64,000 bases of DNA from Chlorokybus atmophyticus. Taxonomy: Eukaryota > Plantae > Mesostigma and Chlorokybus algae. The translations under genes and the position numbers were made by a program. Below, piece after piece: positions 8,359-19,611 of the stretch (positions within the stretch are counted from its first letter, which is position 1; every line of letters starts with the position of its first letter). The DNA lies in the NCBI GenBank assembly GCA_009103225.1, contig RHPI01002888.1, positions 1 to 64,000 on the forward strand, read 5' to 3'. The notes beneath the pieces are model-generated. The model was not told the origin of the DNA, ran no database searches, and saw only the letters and a program-made list of their open reading frames with translations.

Positions 8359-9857
8359 CTGATCAACCTGCCCGTGACAGGTAGTTGACTGTTGGCATGA
8401 GGTGTCTTAGACGCTCAAGGAGTGCCCCTTCCACTAGAGTGTCACCTTCAAAAAAGCTACACAGGTCCGGTCTGAAAACGTCACTAAGATCAAGCATGTC
8501 CTTGAGAAGGAATACAAGTGGACACTGTTTAACAGCACAAGTGCAAATGAGTTGGGTCCCTCACCACCATGTCTGCTATGCAACACTGCCTTCTTACTCA
8601 GCCTCCATACACACGAACGCATCTTGCCTATTGTTACCAATTAAATCAGGCACATCGACGCCCCAATGGACTACGAGACCCAAAAAGCCCAGATGCGCAA
8701 CGCGCTTTAACATAAGTCACAGGCACTGTTGTAGCTTAGTGCAGGCTCAACTTGAACTATCTATATGGTGATTAATGCCGTGTTGGTACAACTCTCGCAG
8801 ACAAGACATGGCGGAATTTTGAGGTGACCGACAATGCAGACCCGGAACGGAGGAGATACATCAATGAATAGGGCAATTCCATAATCTGGCAATGATCGTG
8901 CAATGCTGGTCTTACGCCGTTCCTACACCTGGTCGCCGGCAGTTGAGAGTCAACCACCTCGCATACCTTTTGCTTACGGTGAGCACTCTAAACTTAATCA
9001 CCAGCAATTCATGAATGCTGTAGCCCCCAAACTATAGGCTTGCAGACGCGCTGCAGTGAATAGTGGCTTTCGATGCCACTAGACTTGCATGTAAACTACG
9101 CAGGTGGAGCGCATCGTAAAAGGCAAGAATGGAGACCCTCTCTTAGCTGCCAGCATCGACGAACATGAAGAGTACCTCAGCGGAATCAACACCATGCTCA
9201 TAGCAATGAAGCGGGAGATGAGGCAACGGTATGCAGCCCTCCAGCCATTCACCCTTGTGAAACGCCGCACTGCAAATGGTGTCGGATACTCAAATGATCC
9301 CAATCGGCGCCGGCCGCAAGAACAGCAGCTCGTGACCCGCTCGCTGAGGCAGAAGCATTTGATTGGCTGGCGCAACCGAGGAGGAGGAAGAGCAAGCTCC
9401 GGCGTCTCCTCTACGTTCCCCATCGCGTGGTGCTTTGGTCTTTGTTAACATGCAAGGCGATGATGGAGAAAAGATGTAGCGCAGTTGGTAGTCCGTTTAG
9501 CTAGTAGTGTACACAGCTGCAAGGCTCTTGTGACTTAGTGTCGTGCATCTTAAATTAGCTCAGTCAAATTGTAATTATGCTCATGCTTGTAACAACTTGC
9601 ATCCCTATTATATTACAACAAAAGCGCAGGCAACGCAAGTCACACAATCAAACTACAAGCCTTGGCAAGTGACTGAGAGACACTGTACACACCTCAGGTA
9701 CCTATACATAGCACAGGCACATAACGATGCTGGCAGTCAGTAACAGTCGCATGTAGTCATTTATGCAAATACATAATGACCGTTAGGCACCGGTCACCTT
9801 CAGATGCTTGAAAAATGCCTTATCTTGTCGACAATTACTTAATTGGTGCTTGTGAAT

Positions 9858-10157
9858 CAGGCTCAGTCGCCTGCGCTAGACTAATGTGTCATCTGCAGGT
9901 GCCTGTCATATAGGTTGAGTCACCTAACTTAGATCGATGTGTAACTTGCAGGTGCCTGGTAATCAGGCATAGTCACTTGTTAAGGCCTAATGTGTAACTT
10001 ACAAGTGCCCGTTAATTAGGTATCGTCATCTGTTAAGGCCTGATAGGTAACTTACAGATGCCCGTAAAATGGGATTAATCACTTGTTAAGGCCTGATAAG
10101 TAGCTGACAGGTGCCTATTAATTAGGCATAATCAACTGTCAAAGACTGAGTTGTAAC
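9858..10157. repeat. Degenerate 53-bp tandem repeat, ~5.6 copies
   Basis: Units start at 9858, 9911, 9964, 10017, 10070 and 10123. TTAAGGCCT recurs at 9980, 10033 and 10086. Confidence 0.85.
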
Positions 10158-13067
10158 GAGAAGGGCCTGATAGTAATGGAAATTATACTTAGGTCCCTGT
10201 ATTGAGATTACAGATGGACTAAGCCACGACAATCTTAGTGAGTATTTTCAGGTGCACGACCGTTGCCATTATTTGGTCGGTCGGCAGGGTAAACATTTTG
10301 CGACGATAGCATTCAGAACGCGCATATGTACGCACTTATCGCATGCATGCACACTCCCTAATGCTCTTATGCCAAGCAAAATTGCATAACTTATGCACTT
10401 TTGGCATAAAAGCATTTTGTATGCATTATGGAGAAATCCAAACATTTGATTATGTATATGCAGTTATAGCCATAACCAAATACATCTATATCGTAACTTA
10501 TCCATAATCAAAGCGTAATGTATCGTCATAAGCACATGCAGGCCTATTGGCACATAGTAAACAGATATCGTATAACCATTACGTGTTTTGCAAACTATTA
10601 CTGTGGAGACATGTATAGTGCAACTCATGCTCACTCCTGCGAATTATTATTTTCATTTCAACCCTTCAGTCTGATGATAAAAGGCATTCTATTGCATTGA
10701 TATTACAATTGACAAGGTCGGTAATGCTTTACTAACATTACAGCCCAAGGCATGTAATAATTAATTTTACGTTGTAATGTACGTGTCTATACAATAGTCA
10801 TGACAGCCTTTCAAACCTTTCAGTCGCTTTTTTGTCACTGAAGTTTGCAAAAGTTTGTCAATAGCGCGGGGAAATGCGCGGTACTGTACGGTAAAGGTAC
10901 AAATCATACACATGTGAATTAAAGACATCTGGTCCGATATACCATTGCAGACCATGAAATCAATCAAACCCTAACTCATAGTTTGCCAATATTTGTCACA
11001 GGCGCAGAGCCATTTGATTTTTTCGTCAATTCCACTTGGGCAATTACTCTCATAACGAATGGTATGATGCATTACAATATCTTTCCCTGCAGCATCCATT
11101 TGTTTCATGCAATTTTTAGTGGGTAAATGAGGGAAAACATGCGGGGCGGCCAAAAGAGCATGGTAGTAGTAACAATAATTAAAGAAATGGAATTGATTTG
11201 CATGTCAATATCCAACTTTTCATCTCGTATTTCACCTCTCAATTTGAACTTTCGCCCTGTATCTGAAACCTTGTGTGTTTCGACACCGGCTTGGTCTTCA
11301 TGGAAGTGCATAAACACACAAAAGCTTAGGCATCTCATATGCACTTGTCATTAAGTGCATAAGTTCTTAACGCACACGTGTTTGCCCAAAAGACGATAAT
11401 TCATTGATAACGGTCAAGTTTGTGCGTTGAGCCCAAATATGCACTTATTAAGGTAAGACTGTACGCGCACAGTACTCATGAAAAGGCAAAGCTTTCACTT
11501 TCAAGTTGATTCCCAACCCTTAATTCGATGTGGACTTTAAAAGTTTTGTCTTTGGCAAGCATGTGGTTTGTTAAGTGCGAGTTACAATCCCCTTTTGCAA
11601 GACATTGCAAGACATTGTGTTGTGCCTTTCAAGTGTACACAAGTTGTGTACAGTTATACCGAGCACAAATTATTGTGTCGTGCCATGTATATCAAAAGAG
11701 CAATGAAGTCTTAATGATTTGTCAAACTGTGTCCACGCTTATGTGCTCAGTGCCGAGGAGTAGCACATGTAGTGTTTAACCTTTTGCACTCATGCTAGCA
11801 TGATTCTCTCCCTTTTGTAAGTTAACACAATTGTTTCTTGTCTCTTTATATGTTGGGTTTCATGTTAAATAATAGATAGAAGAAGGCTAGGCACTTGTGC
11901 AGATTATATTGGCAAGCGCCGCTTACCAATAATGATCTGCTTACCACCATTTGTTGCTGAGCAATACAACTACATTCAGGCAACACATTTTATTACATTA
12001 GAGTTGTCAACCTATACCTAACCGGATTCTTATTAGCCGCTGACAAGAACAAAATGACCATACTTCACTTGAGTATGACCATTTAAATGAAATAGACTCG
12101 AAGATACTTTTTGCTGTATATTGTGTGCATTATGTGAGAATGATACAATTTTATCCATGTATAAAGCACCCTGCATGTTATATGACCAATATGCTTATAA
12201 CACCACTACCACATAGCAGCAGCTGCTTGTGATTTAGCACAACAGCCGAAAAGCGGCGTTGCGACCCCAAGGCAAACATCAAGCGGTGAATAAGCATCGT
12301 TGATCAAGCATTGTTGATTTAGCACGCATCGTGATTGTACCAAGGCAAGTTTAATTAGCACCCTGTTAGCGAGAAGATGGGAACAGTTGGTGAGTTGGCA
12401 TTAGTCGTCCAATTTGCCCAGGCTGCGCTTGTGAGACAAATTGATGCTTAGTACGTGTCAGCCGCCTTTTAGTCCGCATTTTGCGGTTGACATAACTGTA
12501 ACATGTGTTTACTTGCGTAATATCGGTTTCGTGGTGACCAGCAAAGTTGAAAACCCAGACGTCGACTTCACTAGAGCTATTTGTTGAGGTTCAATGGCCG
12601 CGGCTTTATACTAACTCACTGCGCGCGCCACCGGCAACGGCCTGATAGGGGAAAACATCAGACTATCCATGTACTAACCTAGGAGAGCTCTCAAGTAGCT
12701 TAGAAAGCAATGAGGTACTTTCGAAATTGGAGTCAACTCCGTTTTTGAAACCCCGGAACCGCCCTACTTTGCGAGCTGCCAACGGCGCGTCACTTGACTA
12801 GAAATATGAATTCCGCCATGTACTTAAAAATCTCAGCTTCGAGAAACACAAATACACTGTCGCTAAACAAGCAATGTAGCAAAAGTTATTAGCTTAAAGC
12901 CAGAGTTATCGCCACCAATGTTTAGCGCATTAGGCCTACATTGCGCAAATCAGCTGTCGGTCACGCACTCGTCAGCTATAGGTTATTGCACCGAAAGGCG
13001 CTGAGATTACATCCAAGCCACCCAAGTCCAATTTCATCGCCCCGCCCCCCCCCCCCCCCCCCCCCCC

Positions 13068-13449
13068 NNNNNNNNNNNNNNNNNNNNNNNNNNNNNNNNN
13101 NNNNNNNNNNNNNNNNNNNNNNNNNNNNNNNNNNNNNNNNNNNNNNNNNNNNNNNNNNNNNNNNNNNNNNNNNNNNNNNNNNNNNNNNNNNNNNNNNNNN
13201 NNNNNNNNNNNNNNNNNNNNNNNNNNNNNNNNNNNNNNNNNNNNNNNNNNNNNNNNNNNNNNNNNNNNNNNNNNNNNNNNNNNNNNNNNNNNNNNNNNNN
13301 NNNNNNNNNNNNNNNNNNNNNNNNNNNNNNNNNNNNNNNNNNNNNNNNNNNNNNNNNNNNNNNNNNNNNNNNNNNNNNNNNNNNNNNNNNNNNNNNNNNN
13401 NNNNNNNNNNNNNNNNNNNNNNNNNNNNNNNNNNNNNNNNNNNNNNNNN
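13068..13449. other. Assembly gap (N) flanked by poly-C
   Basis: N run. Other gaps at 34194-34337, 37947-38312 and 41358-41400, each adjoining a C or G homopolymer on at least one side. Confidence 0.99.
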
Positions 13450-14129
13450 CCCCCCCCCCCCCCCCCCCCCCCCCCCCCCTTCCTAATGGAGAGCGAAATC
13501 TCAGTACACTGCTTTCCGGCTGACAAGTTGTGAGATGATTACTTAGGTTATGCTATAATAGGCAGGCCTGGGCTAGTCGGGCGGCCCGAGCAGCTTTCAT
13601 TAACTCATTTTGTCTCTGCAAAGCCGTATTGCAGCGTGTGGCGTCTGGCCGTGTCGATGTCGACGGGGAGCGAATTGACTCCTTGTGTCGATGTCGTCTC
13701 CTGTCGGGATGCGTCGACGGCGACGCGGGCACTTGCGACGTTTGTGGTCCGTTCTCGTTGATATCGACACGAGTCCCTTGCTTAGCCGTTTGAGCGGGAT
13801 GGGGCGTTTCATGAAATTGAAAAGCGCAACGACCGTACCACCGCGGCCTCGCGATGGATACCGTATTTACCCCAACACAGTCCCCCCCCCGAACACAGTC
13901 CCCCCCGGCAAATTTGGGGGGAGGGGACTGTGTTTTGACTTTAGAGTCCCCCCCCCATTTTAGTATCTCCCTTGAGGGGGACTGTATTGACATATAACGC
14001 GCGCTGCCTGCTGTGTGCGTGTGTGCGCGCGCGTGTGCGCGCGTGTGTGCGTGCGTGTGTGCGTACGCGCGCGTGCGTGCGAGGGAATCACACATGCTAG
14101 CAACAACATCCAACACAAGTAATCTCTCA

Positions 14130-17106
14130 CTACACAAGATCATCATCAGAGTCATTACCATTATCCTCCTGTGCATCATCATCACTGCTAGTACACATGC
14201 TATCAAGCTCGCTCTCATCACTGGACAGCTCGATATGGTTAGCCCTTGAAGCATTGGCCTCATCGCGCACACGCAACTTCTCCAACTTTGAGATCACACG
14301 CTCTTCCTGTACCTCCAGCGGCAACTTATCTACATCGACGACATTGTCCGCATTGTCATCAACGACCTGCTCCGGGGTCCAATCAGCTTCACACACGCCC
14401 GCCTTCTTGAACGCATTGATGATGGTCTGCACTGACAACTCCTCCCAAGCCTGATGCACCCACGACACTACGGTTGACCAGTCCGCGTGCCGCAAGTTGC
14501 CGCCTGCAGTGTAGGAATGGTTGGCTGTGTCTGCCATGTGCCACAACGCCCACTGCATACACCAACAAAGCATAATGTTAATCATGACTGACAACCTAAG
14601 ATAACAACCGTTATTGCAACCTTACCCAAGAGCAGCTCACCCAGGTGGTACGCACACAAACTTACATGCAACCTAGCGTGTGAGTTGTGCACTCCTCATC
14701 ACATCAGCACATGCACATTTTAACAACTCACCTTTGCACGAAGCATGTCCTTGAAAGGCTTGTTCACCCCTACATCCAAAGGTTGAAGAATAGGCGTACA
14801 CCCACCCGGAATGACAGCTTGATCGATACCGCCAGCCTGCGTTGCTGCTTTCACGGACTCACACATGTGTGCTGAAAAGGAATCCCAGACAAGCAGCGCT
14901 CTCGTGCCAAAAACCCGCTTCGGCCGCTTGCGCATCACCGCCTCGACCCACTCACACGTGTGTGCCTCATCCATCAAGCCCGCTTCATTCGCCCACACCA
15001 CCACACCATCTGGTATGATCAAATCAGAAAGCAGAGTCTTGCGCTTTAGAATGACGACTGGCGGTAGCTTGGTGCCGTCCATTGCACAGGCCAACACCAC
15101 GGTAATGTTTTTCTTCTCGTTGCCTGCTCAATGAGTGTGAGGCCAGGCCATACATGTGTTGTGTTGTGCCAGAATCAGCATGCAATGATTGCATGATTGC
15201 ATGCGCATGCATGCCTCACCTGTTGTTTTCATGGTGACAGTGCGGCTGCCTTGCTGGTTGACCGTGCGAGTCGCGGGCATGTCCACCGTGACTGGAACTT
15301 CATCCATGTTGACGACCTGACTGCAGGCATACTTGTGCCGCTCCTTCATGAGGGTAATAAACATGCGGTGGCCCTCAACTTTTTGTGCGAGATCACGAGG
15401 GAGCTTCTGACCTACTTTAGTGCGTGCCCGTACAGTAAGATCATGGCGCGCCATGAAGCGCACCACCCAATTGAGGGAGGCCTTCAACTGCCACTTATCG
15501 CCATCATCATTGAGGTTGGCGTTGTGTTCAGCAACTAGCCGCTTGGCCTCCAGCTGCACACATGCATGTTGATTGAGCTATTGAAGTGCTGGTGTGTGCG
15601 TTTGCTGAGTGTACCAGCGTGCGTGTGTGTGGTTGTGCCCTTGAGATACGTGTGCGTGTGCGCGTGCGTGTGCAGTGCATTGTTGCATGTGTGTGCATGT
15701 GTGTGCAGCTGCGTGCGTGCGTGTGCGTGTGCGTGCATGAGTGCGGGCGCGAGTAGTGCAAATGCGTGCGTGTGAATGCGTGTGTGTGCAGCTGCGTGCG
15801 TCTGCGTGTGCATGTGCGTGTGCGTGTGGGTGCATGAGTGCGGGCACGAGTGGTGCAGCTGCGTGCGTGTGAGTGCGTGTGTGTGTGCAGCTGCGTGCGT
15901 CTGCGTGTGCGTGTGCGAGTGGTGCGTGGGTGTGCAGCTGGCGCAGCTGCGTGCGTGAGTGTGTGTGTGTGCAGCTGCGTGCGTGTGTGTAAGCGTGCGT
16001 GAGTTGTGCAGCCATGTACGTGAGTGTGTGTGTGCAGCTGCGTGCGTGTGTGTATGCGTGCGTGAGTGGTGCAGCCATGTACGTGAGTGTGTGTGCAGCT
16101 GCGTGCATGTGTGTGCGTGTGCGCGTGCGTGTGCGTGCGGGAGTGCGTGTGCGTGTGCGTGCGTGCATGGTTCAGCTCCGTGTGCGTGTGCATGCTAGAG
16201 TGGTGCAGCTGTGCGCGTGCGTGTGTGCGTGCAAGTGCGTGCAGCCCTTGATGCAAACACAAGTGTACCACATGCATAAACATACCCTGATCATGCCTTG
16301 TGTCACTCCCAACCCACGCGACCTCTTATCAACAATGTAGTTGTACACAAGAGTGTCAAGCTCTGGAATTGAGAGTGTCCTCCCGCCACCCTTTAGCCTA
16401 CAATCACTTGCACATGCAGACTTGATCTCTAGCTCTTGCTTAAGCCAGTTCCGCAAGCTCTTGGCGTGGATGCCGTGCTCGTGCTCGGTTCTTTTAATGC
16501 CAAGATGCTTGGCAATGTCAATGAACTTGCGCTGCCATGTAACACTTTGTTAGTCACGCCAGCCAGACACATAGCACGCAGCAACAGTGCATGCACGCAT
16601 ACACATGCGTCACGTGCATGCAAGTGTGTGAGCGTGCATGCATTGTCACAGCACGCAGCACAGCTAAGTACACGTGCAAATGCACACCCTTATTGTGCTG
16701 AGCAGTGATAGCATGCATTGTCACAAGTACACACAGCACACAACACTGCTAAGCAAACTTGCATATGCACACGCTGATTGTGCTGAGCAGTAACATCATG
16801 CATTATTACCAATACACAAAGCACATTGCATAAACATACCTTTTGGTGGCATGTGAATGCTCGCCGCTTGTACCTCCTATTGCGCCCGTTGTTGGTGCGG
16901 GCAGCATTGACGCGCTTTTGGACGCCGGTGGGCCGCTCACCACCGGCGTCCAGCTGCTCTGCTGCCGCCTCTGTCGCAAGCCTGACGGCCGCCTCACGTG
17001 CCTTGGCTGCCGCCTCTGCAGCTATCTTGGCAGCCTCCTCGGCAGCAGCAGCTTCTCTTTCCAGGCGGTTGCGCGCTGCATGCCTTGCAGCTCTCGCCCC
17101 CACCAT
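14130..17106 (-). CDS. Intron-containing DDE_1/CENP-B-type transposase, ~553 aa, 5 exons
   Basis: Exons 17106-16840, 16531-16286, 15553-15220, 15123-14732 and 14552-14130, all GT-AG and phase-compatible. HTH (RKFIDIAKHLG...LRNW), CENP-B-type HTH (ASLNWVVRFMARH), catalytic NMDE / VWDSFSAH / QPLDVGVNKPFK with 35 residues between the 2nd and 3rd Asp. Confidence 0.9.
15590..16250. repeat. GT/CA-rich minisatellite (GTGTGTGCAGCTGCGTGC-like units) inside transposase intron 2
   Basis: Repeated gtgcagctgcgtgcgt / gtgcagccatgtacgtgagt units. Source of the many spurious HT/CV ORFs in the track. Confidence 0.85.
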
Positions 17107-18867
17107 GTGCACCGCCGCCCCACCTCAACAACCTCGCCAACCAGCTCAACAACCCTAACGCCGCTGTTTCGGCGCCAGAAAACCCCAATTACGACCATGG
17201 GCGTAACTTGAAGGTTGGATGACGTATCTTGGGCGGGGACTGTGCTGCGCCCAGCTACACAACACAGTCCCCCCTACTGTAACACAGTCCCCCCCCGTAC
17301 ACAGTCCCCCTCAGCAAAATCGAGGGGGGGACTGTATAAAAAGGGGGGACTGTGTTGGGGTAAATACGGTAGTTACAGGCAAGAAATGGCGCCGGCTGGA
17401 AAATGCCGGCGGAAATAAGGCAAACCTGAACATGGGCTCCCACATCGGACATCGACGTCTACGTCGACATAAACAGTTTTTGTAACATTTCCCGCGCTTG
17501 TCCGCATCGACGCGAGACGACAAGTCAGCCCACGCCGTCATCGACACACCAAGACTGATCACCCTCCATCGCGCGTGAAAACATAGGTATCTGTGTGTTA
17601 AGTCAGCCCCCACAGAAGCTGCTCGGGCCCCCTGACTGAGGCGGACTTCACGAAGTCGTCCGTGAAGTCCGTTGCTCGCAGGTTGCGCGCAAAGCTACCA
17701 GATTTACCAAACAACGTTTGTCTCTGACAGCCACCGAACTCGATAAGTTACGGTAGCAACCGTCCGCAACCGCGAGGGCCGCAAGTGTTTGCCTACTCCA
17801 ACCGTGCCATGTGCCTCTGTACGGCATGCGTCAAGCAAAGGCAGAATCTAAAACCACCTGCTCACTGGCCAGAAGCAAGGCACTGACATACAACATGTAA
17901 TTTGCAGCAAGCAAAAGCCGAGCACCAGCCGTTGAACTGTGGGGTGGTTGGCGGCGCCAACTTGGCGCAGTTACAACTTGACATTGCGCTTATAACTTGC
18001 AATTGCTTGCGCTGTTAGCGGCAATCATCGGCAGTTACTGCGCCTTGCTATCTGATGGATACCAGTTGTAGGTACCTACTGGTTGTGCCGAGGTGCCCAG
18101 CTTGGCGGTGGGGCATGTGTCAGTAATTGCCGACGGTCAACAACACATGTCAAGATATGTGCGGTGGCGCAAGTCAGAAGTAGACGGCCGAGCCTACGAT
18201 GTGCCTCGGGCGCTAGTGGCAAAAACAGGTTGCCACTGCGGCTGTCAGACGCAGAGGCACTGCTAAACGCCACTGCTGACTGGCGCCATGCGTGTGTCCA
18301 GTCTATAATTGGGACGAGTGGTGATTATCGTAGGCATGCAGTTTAACTGCAGCAGTTACATGCTTACTAAGTCACTAATGTGTAGTTGTAGGTAGAAACT
18401 GGCAGCGACATAATGACTCATGACAACTTGTGATGTTGACAGACAATGACCTTGGGTCCCCAGCTCATGTACTAACGGCCTGCCCAACACACGAAGAACA
18501 TGAGCACGTATGCAATCCCGAAACGTCTCCGCCAATGTCGCCGCCAACATCGGTGCGCTGTAATGACTCATATGGCGCGGATTCCCGTTAGTGTTGGCGC
18601 GCATAACAGGCCACATTGGCGCTCGAGACTTTCTCGTCCCAAAGGCCCGTGTCTGTCAGAGGGCTTTATCCCCAACGCGGTGGGCGCGCGCTGTAACCGG
18701 CGTCGGTTGGTGACGAACGGCGACCATGTAGCTGACGTCGCGTCATGCAAACTCAGCACTCGCATGGAAGTCTCACCTAACACCTATCAAGTGTCACTTA
18801 GCACCTACCATACCATGCTATGCTACCGTAGCATGGTAGGTGCCAGTTTGCCCCACATGTTGCATGA

Positions 18868-18966
18868 CAGTAGGGTGTTATGAGTCATGAGTTAAGTGGC
18901 TGTCACCAATTCGTTACGAGTCATAACTTGTGACTCACAAGTTTTTAAGTCATAACGCCCCTACTG
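18868..18966. mobile_element. ~99-bp Tc1/pogo-type miniature element remnant
   Basis: Imperfect TIR CAGTAGGG(T/GC)GTTATGA; right flank TA, left flank GA; internal (G/A)AGTCATAAC-like motifs. Confidence 0.4.
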
Positions 18967-19611
18967 TACCGATAGTGCGAGCTGTTACATCACCTGCTGA
19001 AGCGGTACATGAAGGTGGCAAAACCGCAAAAACTGAAAAGCAACGGCACGCACCATAGCAAGCTGCTAAAAGCACTCATGCATGAGGACGAAACGGGCAG
19101 CGACAAAAAATAGGTTACCTTGATTGTCGTGACTCTCAATCAAGTTGATTTTACATGTAGACGCTCATCAAGTTCATTCAATCATAGAGAAGTTTGGCAC
19201 CATTGGGGGAGTTACGGAGCACTGATCTCATGTTTCATGACAGCCACGGTGGGGTTGGTGTGGCACGACGGCGGCGGCGGAGGTGGTGAAAGTTGTGAAG
19301 GTGGTGGAGGCGGCAGCTAGAGTATTGTTGTTGTTGGCAGTGGGGTTTTCTAAAGACAACAGACATGAGTAGACAGAGACAGACACGTTTGTCTCTGTGA
19401 ATGCGTCAGTAGACAGAGACGCACATACACACTTACATACACATACTCGCGCCCACGCACGTATGCACATACGCGCGCACAGAGGGAGAGAAAGAGCGTG
19501 TATGATTGTACAAAGCGTGTGAGAGTAGTAGTGGCGACTGTGACAGAGAGTGTGATTGACAAAAAGTGGTTGAGCGCCCAGTTGTCCAGTTGGCTACGTG
19601 GCTGCAGCACC

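Larger units (their letters stand above)
13861..17369 (-). mobile_element. pogo-superfamily (Passer/POGK-like, DD35D) DNA transposon, full length
   Basis: Perfect 27-bp TIR CCGTATTTACCCCAACACAGTCCCCCC at both ends. TA target-site duplication at 13859-13860 and 17370-17371. Internal spliced transposase. Confidence 0.93.

Noticed and set aside
8385-9450. Coding-like stretch next to the LTR (ORFs 8385-8771, 9104-9448)
   Set aside because: Interrupted by stops and has no motif I can assign. Possibly a decayed transposase, but unsupported.
9858-10157. CRISPR-like reading of the 53-bp array (and of the repeated coiled-coil exons)
   Set aside because: Whole units are homologous with no unique spacers; eukaryotic context; no cas genes.
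10767-11780. Short minus-strand ORFs in the AT-rich block
   Set aside because: Fragmentary; no recognisable family or splice structure.
12941-13526. ORFs spanning the N gap (also 34044-34868, 37736-38544, 41134-41721)
   Set aside because: Artefacts of N runs and homopolymers.
15528-16340. Long HT/CV-rich ORFs
   Set aside because: Translations of an intronic GT/CA minisatellite.
17642-17671. 11-bp hairpin as a Helitron 3' end
   Set aside because: No CTRR terminus at the expected distance on either strand.
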